A stretch of 64,000 nucleotides of DNA from Octopus bimaculoides (taxonomy: Eukaryota). Position numbers and translations under genes: made by a program. Shown here piece after piece: positions 38,325-50,000 of this stretch; position 1 is the stretch's first letter; each line of letters starts with the position of its first letter. The DNA lies in assembly GCF_001194135.2 (NCBI RefSeq), contig NC_068999.1, forward strand, positions 33,364,119 to 33,428,118. The letters are read 5' to 3'. The notes beneath the pieces are model-generated. The model was not told the DNA's origin. It worked only from the letters and a program-made list of their open reading frames with translations, and searched no databases.

Positions 38325-39110
38325 TGCTGTTATAGTGAGTGCATGCCAAAAGGGGTTGTCAAGGTTTCAATCAGGAAATATTTTGATTCAAGATGCACCT
38401 TGCTCTGGTCAACCAATTGAGATTAAGAGCAACGTCAACCCCCATTATACCACCAGAATGATTGCAGATATTCCCTAAATATCCAATCAAGTGTTGAAAA
38501 TTATCAACTTGGTTGTTATGACAGCAGGCTTGATGTTTGGGTCCCACAACAATTGAGTGAGGCTAACATCACCCAATGGATTTCCATCTGTGAGTCATTG
38601 CAGAAACCTGAAGGGGACAAAAATGGATCATATAACAATGTGACAAGCAATTGATCATGGGGGAAGAGTGGCAAACCTCCACAAACGACCTCCAAAGCAG
38701 GACTTTACTTGAAGAAGGTTATGCTTTCAATTTAGTGCAGCAGTCTACCAGAAACGTCCAGTACTTATGAATCATGAGAGTGTTGTTTTTCATGCCAATG
38801 ACAGACTGCACACTTCCTTGCAAATGTGATAGAAATTACTGGGACTTGGCTGGGAAGTTTTGCCAGGCCCTCTATATTTGTTTGACCTTGCGCCATCAAA
38901 TTCCCACCTGTTTTGGTTTATTCAAAATTCATTGAATGGTCAGATCTTCAACTTCAAAGAGGATGTAAAAAATTCAACTGGAAGGGTTTTCCATTAGTAA
39001 AGACAGGAAATTCTTTGAGCAGGGAATAATAGGTCTGCTCACAAGATGACAGAAAACATTGGAACAAAATAGTAATTACATCAAAAACCATTAGCGACGA
39101 AAATATTTTG
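38325..39110 (+). mobile_element. Degraded mariner
   Basis: Remnants of CQKWF…QDAPRSGRP, FHxDNARPHT and YSPDLAPS motifs. Confidence 0.65.
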
Positions 39111-39284
39111 GCAAATTAAATTTAAATGTTGAAGTAATTACATCATTGATCAAATAAATCACTTTGTGTTTAAAACCTGTGACTTATATTCACTTAAAAA
39201 TTGAATGGAGTTAACCTGGTAGGTCTTGTATATAGTTGTAGTTAAACTGAAATCTAAAGGTTTGCCTTGATCTTGGAGAACTAT

Positions 39285-39431
39285 GATCAGGAGTGGCTGT
39301 GTGGTAAGTAGCTTGCTTACCAACTGCATGGTCCCAGGTTCAGTCCCACTGCGTGGCACTTTAAGCAAGTGCCTTCTACTTTAGCCTTGGGCCAACCAAA
39401 GCCTTGTGAGTGGAAGCTGAAAGAAGCCTGT

Positions 39432-39476
<45 letters not shown>

Positions 39477-39912
39477 ACTTGGGGATGGTCATATTGCCAG
39501 TTTAGCCAATAAAAACACACAAACTGTATATTTGGTGTTAATTTGCTTCAACTTTATATTACATTAATCTTAATCTTATTTCGGCCAGAGTTCTTTCGTC
39601 ACACTTCTGTGACCTCATCAGTGGTCCTTTGTTTCCTTCTTTCTTATGTGTGTCTCACCTTGCTAACTATCAGCCATTTTGTATATATATATATATATAT
39701 ATGTTCGTGTGTCTGTGTTTGTCCCCCGCCACCATCTCTTGACAACTGATGTTGTTGCATTTATGTCCCTGTANNNNNNNNNNNNNNGTTTGGCAAAAGA
39801 GACTGATAGAATAAGTACTAGATTTACAAAGAAAACGTCCTGGGGTCAATTTGTTTGACTAAAGGCGGTGCTCCAGCATGGCCGCGGTTAAATGACTGAA
39901 ACAAGTAAAAGA
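39285..39912 (+). mobile_element. SINE type A split by a ~210-bp hammerhead-bearing insert (39470-39682)
   Basis: 5' half 39285-39440, (TA)n, insert, (TA)n, 3' half 39700-39912. Confidence 0.8.
39583..39627 (-). ncRNA. Candidate minimal type I hammerhead ribozyme
   Basis: GGACCA-CTGATGA-G-GTCACA(gaag)TGTGAC-GAAA-G(aa)C-TC-TGGCC: intact core, 6-bp stem II, 2-bp stem III, CUC triplet, stem I GGACCA/TGGCC. Confidence 0.75.
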
Positions 39913-41042
39913 ATAATGATAACAATCCTGTTTTCTTCTTACTTTCTTTCACACATAATATATCTAGGAGAGCATTGCCTCGTGTCTTCTTTCTTTTCTG
40001 AGATACCAGAATATTATTTAAGGGAAATTTTACTAATGTTTCTAGCAGAGTAAGTAATCCTCAAAAAAGTTGCCCCGTTGGAGCCTGTCGTTCCACTCTT
40101 GATTTATGGAGAAGATTTGATGGTGGTGGTGATGTTGATGACGGTAGATGATTATGTTGGTGTCTATGTTGGTGGTGGTGTTGGTAGTAATGATGGTAGT
40201 GTTGGTACTGGTATTGATGGTGAAATATTGGTGTCTCAAATTTTGAGATGTACTTCTCTGGTACTTTGTTGACCGTTGGAAGGAAAAAAAAACAAAAAAA
40301 CAAAGTTAATAACAGCAGCATTTAAACTCAGAACAAAGATGATAATGATATTAAAATAAAACTGGTGAAAAAAAAAAAAATGAAAAAAGAAAAAAACAGT
40401 AAAACAAAAGGAAAAAATTATAGCAGAGAGTTTAAGTGAAGCAGATTGGAGACAGAGATTAAATCTGGTGAAAAATAATTATTTCTGATAATTGTGCACA
40501 ATATGGAAATGGAAATCTATCCATGTTCAGTAAACAATAAACTTGATATTTCATATTTTATGAGATAAATAAATAAATAGAAAATAATAATTATTGTAGA
40601 AACATGTTATCATCTGGCGATAAGAATATTGAGTGAAACTGTGTCAATTTATTTCTGTAGATATCGTTATCATGGTCGTTACTGAACAAAAGTATATTGA
40701 TGTGTTATTAGCATCATAAAACATTCTGAGATGGAGAAGGAGAGAGCAGTGGGGGAGAGGATATAACAATACATGGAGAGTGGGAGGGAGGTAATGGGGG
40801 TCATTGGGGAAAAATAATCACAAAATGATGATTTCAAATTTTGGCACAAAGCCAGCAACTTTGGGGGAGGGGATGGTCAATTACATTGACCCCAGTGCTT
40901 AACTGGTACTTATTTTATTGACCCTGAAAGGATGAAAAGCAAAGTTGAACTCATTGAAATTTGAATTCAGAACATAAAGATGGCTGAAATACCACTAAAC
41001 CTTTTGCCTCATGTACTAATGATTCAGTCAGCTTGCCACCTT

Positions 41043-41077
<35 letters not shown>

Positions 41078-42845
41078 TTCTTTGGAAAGAAATATGGTCA
41101 GTGAAAGAACAACCTCAGAAAAGATCTATCAAAACAACAAACACAGCACATGAACAACTCTGGGCTCCTATAACAACTGAAGAGGTCACCCAGGCATTGA
41201 CACCTTTATCTGACATGCTGAACAGAACTGGATGTGGATGCAACTGTTACAGCAAAACAATCAACCATCTCTTGTCTATATATGATCTAAAACTGTATGC
41301 TACAAATGTTAAACAACTGGAAACATTACTAACAGACAGTACATGGATTTACCAAAGAAATAAACATGAAATTTGGCTTAGAAAATGTGCAAAAGCAACC
41401 TTGAAAAAAAGAAAACTAGTTAAGAGTAACATCACACTAGATAAAGCAACTAAAATAAAATTAGACCAAAGCCAGACATACAAATACTTAGGAATCAATG
41501 AACTAGATACAATACAACAGACACAAATGAAAGAGAAGATAAGAAAGGAATACTATAGACGAGTTAGACTAATACTGAAAACAGAGCTCAATGTGAAAAA
41601 CAAGATAATAGGTTACAACACTAGCTGTCCCAGTTATAAGTTACAACAACAATATTCTTAACTGGGCTCTAAATGAACTAATTAAAATAGACAGAAAAGC
41701 AAGAAAAATAATGACAGGATTTAGGATGAACCACCCAAAATCTGACATAAAGTTATATATACAATGTATTAAAGGTGGTAGAGGCCTTATACAGCTAGAA
41801 AACTATTACAAAATAACCACCATAGGATTACATAAATATTTCAGAAACAAAGAGAATTGATACAAATAGCCACAAAACAAAAGACTGTCTTTAAGGAAGC
41901 TGACAAATACAAAAAAGAAGTCATAGTACCTAACTACTATGAAGAAAAAGAAGAAACAACAAAAGTTGTAAAACAACTGAAATTCAAACTAAAACTGGAA
42001 CAGCAACGTAACATGATAAAACAATGGCAAGAAAAGCCCCTACAAGGTAAATATTGGGTAAAGCTAAACAGAAAAGAAACGGACAAAGCAAAATCCTGAC
42101 AATGGCTGAGAAGCTCAGGACTCAAAGCAGAGACTGAAGGACTTTTAATTGCAGCACAAGATCAAAGACTTCTCACCAGAAATTACAAAAAGCATGTAAT
42201 ATAAGAAATAAAAGTAACTGCAGAATATCTGAAGAAGAAACAATAAATCATTATCTCTGGCTGCCCAGTCCTGGCTAAGAAGGAATATATTCACAGACAT
42301 GACAGAGTTAGGACCTATATATACTGGAAGCTATGCCAACACTATGGGGTAACATCAGAAAAAAGATGGTATAGGTACACCCCAGAAAATGAGAAAGCAA
42401 CCATACTCTGGGATATGCCAATACACACAGATAGAGAAATCAAGGCTAATAGGCTGGATATAGTTGTCAGAGATCACTAAAAAAAATACTTTCTACTCGA
42501 AGTATCAAAAAGAAATGGAGAAACTTTCAAAATACAAAGATCTGGAAATAGAGGCAATTCGAATGTGGAGCCTAAAAACAGAAACAATTCCTATTATTAT
42601 TATAATTGGTACATTAAGTATGATAAAAAAACATTCAGACAAATACATAACAAAAACACCAGGACTTACAAGTATATATAGCATAAAGAAAATAGCACTA
42701 CTAAGCACCGCACACATCCTATATAAAATACTTTGAATACAGTGAAAATAAACGCATCACAACAAACCACAGCACATACCCAAGGCACACAGAGCTGCGC
42801 TCAGAAGTGCACTGAAAGCACATGATAAAAATAAGACATCTGTAT
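41078..42845 (+). mobile_element. R4/Dong-clade LINE (RT + CCHC + restriction-like endonuclease), 5'-truncated and decayed
   Basis: TINHLLSIYDLKLY, YKYLGI, GLIQLE, AETEGLLIAAQDQ, NHIISGCPVLA…RHDRV, ILWDMPIHTDREIKANRLDIVV, EKLSKYKDL; (AAT)n on both sides. Confidence 0.9.
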
Positions 42846-42867
42846 AACAATAATAATAATAATAGTA

Positions 42868-42903
<36 letters not shown>

Positions 42904-42906
<3 letters not shown>

Positions 42907-43437
42907 GCCCGGATGCATACCAGGCAATGGCTCTTATGGCTTCTGATCTTAATTGATTGGAAGTGTTATCATGTACACTGTTTTGTCTTGGTATAAAAAG
43001 ATGGGCTACAGCAAATATTCTGCTTAATACCACAGATTTGCTTGTCAGTTGTTTGACCTTAACCAGTTGAGCATGTCCCTTGGTGGCTGACAATATGTGC
43101 ATCTCTGATCATGAGCAGAAGTAGTGGGGAAATATCATAGCCATGTGTTGAGAGGAATTCTTTGGGGTTTGAATAATTCACCTTTGGAAACATGGGTGTT
43201 CTGCTCAACATCCTTAAAGAAACCTTATTCAGGGACCTTTTAAGCGGGATGGGCTACTCAACCTGAAGGAAATTCTAACTGGGCCCCACCTGCGAGGTCA
43301 TGCGCTGTTTAATGAGATCACCATGTTGCGCACATATGGTTGTGACGCATGTGCCTGGTGTACCCTTATCAGACGAGTAGTCATGATGGGTATAATGGGC
43401 TTCGTATATTTTACCCCAGTGTCCTGCTCTCTCACTC
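42904..43437 (+). mobile_element. ~530-bp non-coding R4/Dong-associated 3' tail element
   Basis: Between (AAT)n tracts; ends gctctctcactc(AAT)n. Other copies: 45237-45632 +, 20738-20935 -, ~49975-50150 + (partial). Confidence 0.75.
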
Positions 43438-43481
<44 letters not shown>

Positions 43482-43744
43482 TAACAACAACAACAACAAT
43501 AATAATAATTGTTCCAAGTTATCGACCCCAAAAAGATGAAATGCAAAGTCGACCTAAGCAGAATTTGAACTTAGAGCACAGTGATGGATGACATGCTGCT
43601 AAGCATTTCGCCGAGCCTGCTAATGATTCAGCCAGCTTGCTGCCTGAATAATAATGATGGTGGCAGTGGTGGCAGCGGCGGCAGCAGTGGCGGCGGTAGC
43701 AGTGGCGGCAGCAGCGGTGGTGATGAATAATTAATAATAATAAT

Positions 43745-45250
43745 AATAATAATAAAAAAATTACATTGAGACATACAACAACATAAAAGACAAAAATAGG
43801 ACAATACAATGGGTTTTACAATGTGTAAACAATATAATAACAATAAAAATTAAACAATTTAAAACTCCCAATAGGACCTCATGAAAAATCCCACAAAAGT
43901 CATGGGTACCTGAACAACAGAGCAAGAACCCTTCTCCTTTTGTTTACAGATTCATGCTCAGAATTGGCCATTCTTCTAACATTCACCCACCTTTCAACAA
44001 ACTTGCTACAAGGCAACCTTCCCTCTCCATCCTCAACTTCTTTTTCAAGTAAAACTTGAAAAAGCTGATGAGGGCTTGGCCAAAGAGGAAAGTGCCTGTC
44101 TTTAGCCCTTTCAAATGGGTCTACCATACCACTTCTTTTGCTACAGCCACTAGACAAATAAAAATTGCCTTCCCCTCGCAGCTAAAAGAGGGCGGTGGGG
44201 CAATCTTCACAATGGATTCAGCTGATAGCCAGATTTGTCCTACATGCGGATTTGTCCTACATGCAGATTTGTCCTACCTGTAGGTTAAAACTCCCTTTTG
44301 GGAGTTTTAACCCACAGGTCAGCAATACTCGGGCACTAGACTAGGGCGTGCAGAACGGTTTCGTCGTTCTGGGCGCACCTCGGACAGGCCCGGCTGACAG
44401 CACTTCCATGCCTGTAAAGTTTATCTCGAACAGGCATCACCCTTCAGTAGCACTGCCAGGTAAGGGATTTCTGGAAGTTGTCCATAGGCCCAGGCCCAAA
44501 AGTTCTCCAAAACAGACTGGCTAGTTGATCTTCATCGATGCCCAGACTTTCCCCGAGAATATCATCGTACTTTCCCTTCACTAGCCTGCTATAGAACGCT
44601 AGAGTAGAACTACCACCGACCACATTGCCCGCCTGGAATGCGCCCCTACCATAGGAAGCGGAAGAGTAAGTGCACCAGCTTGGCCAACCAGCAAACAGGG
44701 CAAGGGATGACAGTCAAACGGTAATAGATGATGGATGTGATGTATGCATTCACCATCTATGCTTGACCTTTCAGAAACAGCTTTCTCTTGGCCCATTTCT
44801 GTGTGAGATTGGCTGCCCAGCTCATCATTTTATCCCAGTTCTTTTCCACCTGAGAGTCTGGACCAAACCAAACTCCAAGCAACTTAATAGGACCGTCTCT
44901 CCAGTGCCCCACCATGCTGTTGGACAGCATGGACTTACCTCTCCAGTTGCCGAGTTGCAAGTCCACTGACTTTTTCGCGTGCATTTTAGCTCCTGTCACC
45001 ACTTCATATTTCTGTAGTGCTTTGCCAATCAGGTATATATACCTGTGGTTCGACACTATGACGGTGACATCATCAGAATATGCAAACACACTTTTGCCAC
45101 AGCCTAGATCATGCAGAACACCCATCAAAGCCTCCAACTTCCGCAGTAATGGCTCAAGAGTCAGTACATAGAGAAGGGAGGAGAGAGGGCACCCTTGATC
45201 GACCGAACGCATGATGCTGAATGGCTCCGACCGTAAGCAGTTGAGCATGA
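43745..45250 (-). mobile_element. Tx1/L1-clade LINE, 5'-truncated
   Basis: SVDQGCPLSSLLYVLTLEP, FAYSDDVTV, PIKLLGVWFG, CPRCAQNDETVLHALV*CP zinc finger; A/T-rich 3' end abutting (AAT)n. Confidence 0.88.
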
Positions 45251-45704
45251 CCCTTAGTGGCTGGTGATATGTGCATTTATGATCATGAGTGGAAGTTATG
45301 GGAGTAGCATCAGAGCCATGTGTTGAGAGGAATTCTTTGGGGTTTGGATAATTTACCTTTGGAAACATGGGTGTTTCATTCAACATCCTTAAACAACCCT
45401 TATTCAGGGACCTTTTGAGTGAGATGGGCTACTTGACCTGAAGAAAATTTTAACTGGGCTCCACCTGAAAGGTTATGCACTGTTAGTCTTGATATGAGAT
45501 CACCATGTTGCGCATACATGGTTGTGATTCATGTGCCTGGCGAACCCTTATCAGATGGGTAGTCATGATGGGTATAATGGGCTTCATATATTTTACCCCA
45601 GTGTTACTTTGATGGCAAGCACTGCTCTCTCAATAAAAATAATAATAATGATGATGATGATGATGATGATGATGATAATAATAATAACAATAACAGTAAT
45701 AATC

Positions 45705-46495
45705 ATCATTAGCATCATCATCGTCATCATCATTTAACGTCCGCTTTCCATGCTAGCATGGGTTGGACGATTTGACTGAGGACTGGCAAGCCAGAAGGCT
45801 GAACCAGGCTCCAATCTGATCTGGCAGAGTTTCTACAGCTGGATGCCCTTCCTAACACCAACCACTCCGAGAGTGTAGTGGGTGCCTTTACGTGTCACCG
45901 GCACGAGTGCCAGTCACACGGTACTAGCAACAGCCATGCTCAAAAAGGTGTTTTTTATGTACCACCTGCACGGGAGCCAGTCCAGCGGCATTGGCAATGA
46001 CCTTGCTCGAATGATTTTCTAACGTGCCACCAGCACAAGTGCTAGAAAGCGACACTGGTAATGATTATGCTCAAATAGTGCTATTTACGGGCCACTAGCA
46101 TGGAAGCCAGACACCTGCTCTGGCAATGAACACGCTTGGACAATGCTGTTAGTGCTCCACTGGCACAGGTGCCAGTCATCGAGTACGGTTCAATTACGAT
46201 TTCGATTTCACTTGCCCCAACAGGTCAAGCAGAGTTTAGTGTCCAATGAAGGAGAGGTTGGCATGGGTGCCAGTCGTTGGATTCGGTTCGATTTCGATTT
46301 CAAATTTCAAATTTCAAATTCCAAATTCCAAATTCACTTGCCTTAATAGGTCTTTGCAAGAAGAGTTTTTAGTGTCCAATGAAGTAAAGATATGAATAAG
46401 TGAGCTGGCTACACTTCTGGCAGTGGTCACAGATTATGCTCTCACTTGCCTTGCCGGGTCTTCTCACGAACTGCATATTTCCAAAGGTCCCGGTC
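45705..46495 (-). mobile_element. RTE-LINE 3' end with a tandem hairpin array in the 3' UTR
   Basis: DRDLWKYAVREKTRQGK* followed by a UTR matching 24637-24885 and 53935-54362; (GAT)n tail. Confidence 0.85.
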
Positions 46496-46802
46496 ACTGG
46501 GAGGCTATTGTGAACAAGTTTTAGTATTATTCTGATCTTGACAGCAGAATATAGCCTTCACTGTCCTTGTGAAAGTAGAGATGAAAAAGTCACTACTATC
46601 TTATATCTTATATGCTGAATGATGTAGGAAAATAGAATTGTTTAAATACTAAGTAATTTAGATACACACAAAAATAATATGAATGAATAGCAGACTGGTT
46701 ATATATCACATCAATTATGTATCAGTTATATATTTGATAAACATTTTGTGTGGATGACTCTCAAGAAGTACCAAGTGGCACCGAATAGTACCAAAAAATG
46801 GC

Positions 46803-47030
46803 TTAGTCCTTTAGCATTTAAACTGGCCTTATATTGTCCCAAATATTCTACCTTTTTCATGTTCAAAGTGGTCAGATCTGGCCTCTTACATCTACCCTAC
46901 AGTATCACTCTAAAAATAAAAATGACATCATCAAAATCTCAAAGCTACCAGATAATGCATAATTAATTCAAAACAATGTGAATAAATAAGCATTACATTT
47001 GATAGAATAATTTGAATGTCAAACAGTTAA
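46803..47030. mobile_element. piggyBac-type MITE, older copy
   Basis: Colinear with 15065-15284; ends in TTAA. Confidence 0.75.
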
Positions 47031-50000
47031 GGAAGTACTTCTAAAAGTAACGTTTTGATTGGTTACTCTTTGGATGTTCGAAGCCTATTGAATTATGGTT
47101 CGAATCCTGAACAGGTTGAATGATGGCTTATACATACAAGATTGACTCATGGATGCGAGGCTCAGATTCATGTGTGGTTTGGTGGCATTCAAACCAGATT
47201 GCACTTAAATCTCTTTTGATGATGAATATTTCAATTAAAAAAAAGAGAGGTGACAGGTGGGTGGTGGTGGTGGTGGGAGGGGTAAATCAATTAACACATA
47301 CAGAGTAACCTTGCTAGCAAATTTTGATTAATCAATTACTGGTACTTAATGTAGTACAGGACCAAATATCTTGCAAATTTAGGACTGGAAGTGGTCAGGA
47401 TTTCTATATTTTCCAGTTTTCTAGAAACTGGCCTAAATATATATACTTAAAATATAAGATGAACAATGTAAAAAGAAAAGAATTAAATTATATTCAAAAG
47501 ATGCAAATTAATGCATTTCTAAAGTAGGATCTGTTTGACATTTATTCATCTATTAAAATATCACATACTCTACTATGTACATTGCATAATGTTATATAAT
47601 ATGTACATAGTATAATGTTTACAAGATGAAAATTAAATGAAGTAAAATAAAGAACATGATTGTATTTAACTGATATAGGTATAAATTAATATGCTTCTGA
47701 AGCAGAGAAGTAAACAACAAAACTATTTTTAACACCATAAGCAAATTAACCAACATAAAAAACAGGGACTGTTTACTCAATACTGGGTACAGTATATTTC
47801 ACAGTATTCCTGGATTTCCGGTAAATGGATAAGCAATTCGCTGCTGTATAGAGAGTTTTAGCCATCTCAGCCAACAGAATATTTACAACCTGACATATCA
47901 TGGGAAATAACTCTACATATTTACTGCGATTGTCTCCTTTACACAGCTCGCACTACAGTAATGTAGTTTCTTAGGCTATGGATGAATAAACGTACGCGGA
48001 CACATGTGTGTGTGTATATATATGGCTCTTACCCTTACACGCACACACACACACACATGTATATTGGCGAAATTCTGATTTAAGTCCCCCATAACTTTTA
48101 TATTTTGGGGAATTTTCAGAAATTTTTTTGTGAATTTGTGTTCTACACACGGGAATTCATACGATTATGCAACAAAAAGAGAAAATAAAAATAATTTTAT
48201 CCCCCACCCCATAAATCCTAAAATTTCCATTCTATTGAAATTTATTTTTGAAATTGAAGTTTTTTTGCTTAAATACCCGCNNNNNNNNNNNNNNNNNNNN
48301 NNNNNNNNNNNNNNNNNNNNNNNNNNNNNNNNNNNNNNNNNNNNNNNNNNNNNNNNNNNNNNNNNNNNNNNNNNNNNNNNNNNNNNNNNNNNNNNNNNNN
48401 NNNNNNNNNNNNNNNNNNNNNNNNNNNNNNNNNNNNNNNNNNNNNNNNNNNNNNNNNNNNNNNNNNNNNNNNNNNNNNNNNNNNNNNNNNNNNNNNNNNN
48501 NNNNNNNNNNNNNNNNNNNNNNNNNNNNNNNNNNNNNNNNNNNNNNNNNNNNNNNNNNNNNNNNNNNNNNNNNNNNNNNNNNNNNNNNNNNNNNNNNNNN
48601 NNNNNNNNNNNNNNNNNNNNNNNNNNNNNNNNNNNNNNNNNNNNNNNNNNNNNNNNNNNNNNNNNNNNNNNNNNNNNNNNNNNNNNNNNNNNNNNNNNAT
48701 AGGATCACGGTTTCGATTCCCAGACCGAGCGTTGTGAGCAAAAACACCTAAAGCTCCTTGAGGCTCCGGCAGGGGATGGTGGCGAACCCTGCTGTACTCT
48801 TCCACCACAACTTTCTCTCACTCTTACTTCCTGTTTCTGTTGTGCCTGTAATTCAAAGGGTTCAGCCTTGTCACGCTGAATATCCCTGAGAACTACGTTA
48901 AGGGTACACGTGTCTGTGGAGTGCTCAGCCACTTGCACATTAATTTCACGAGCAGGCTGTTCCGTTGATCAGATCAACTGGAACCCTCGATGTTGTAAGC
49001 GATGGAGTGCCAACAAAAAATACACACACACACACACATATATATACATATATGTATTTATACACAATCATATAAATAAAACAACTTCTATTTATGCATT
49101 TATTTTTTGTTAATTCATAATGAAATTCAATGAAGGCCTTAGGTATAATTATTGTTTTCAAATATTTTAATCATGTTTTCAGCAAGATTGTTCAGTAATG
49201 CTGACACTAATTTTTACCATTTTCTTGAACTGATTCCATAAAGAATCAAATATATAACTGATACATAATTGATGTGATATATAACCAGTCTGCTAGTCAT
49301 TCACATTATTTTTGTGTGTCTCTGAAATAACGATTCCATCCTTATAGAACTCTATGAATTCAGCTGTGATTTCAATGTATTGCTTTCATTTGTAACTTAA
49401 ACAAATATCATAAATTCAGCTTTGTCATAGATGCTCAATAGGGGAGTCTGGAATTTGTCTTTACCAAGACAAAATCTCAATATCATGAATTTGTAGAAAA
49501 AAACTTTTGACTAATTTGGTAGAATGAACAGGGGAATCATATTGGTATTACTAGTCTGGAAGGATGTAAAATTTGAGAATCAGTTGAATGTCAGAAAAGA
49601 TGCCATGTGGTATTTGGATGCATATTTTATATTTTAAGTTGAAAATGTCTCATGACCATAATAATATCAGATGGCTATGGTACTTGAATTATGATTAAGT
49701 ACCACACGAGTACAGTAATTATAATGAATTATTTAATGATTACTGTAATATGTGTTATTACACAGTCGTAGTAATTAAACTGTGAAACAAAATTAAAATT
49801 ATTTTTTTGTCTTTGGTTAATAAGTGTTATTTTCTATTTGTTTCCATTTAGAAATCAAAGGAAATCACTACTCTTCCCTTCAAACTTTGCTTTTGTGACC
49901 TGGACATCAATGTTTTGAAACTGACCTATTTTCCATTACATTTCAGTCAGATTTAGCACTGAATTGCTGAAGCAGAAGTATCGTTACAACAAATATTCTA

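Noticed and set aside
44757-45386. 209-aa ORF as a novel fusion protein
   Set aside because: Chance in-frame join of a non-coding tail repeat (antisense) to the truncated Tx1 RT at a microhomology near 45240.
46505-46595. GPCR helix-8-like peptide FISTFTRTVKAIFCC on the minus strand
   Set aside because: Bounded by stops, with no transmembrane-coding sequence upstream.
47060-47110. tRNA gene suggested by the B-box GGTTCGAATCC
   Set aside because: No cloverleaf or convincing A-box spacing. SINE heads elsewhere are tRNA-derived but are not tRNA genes.
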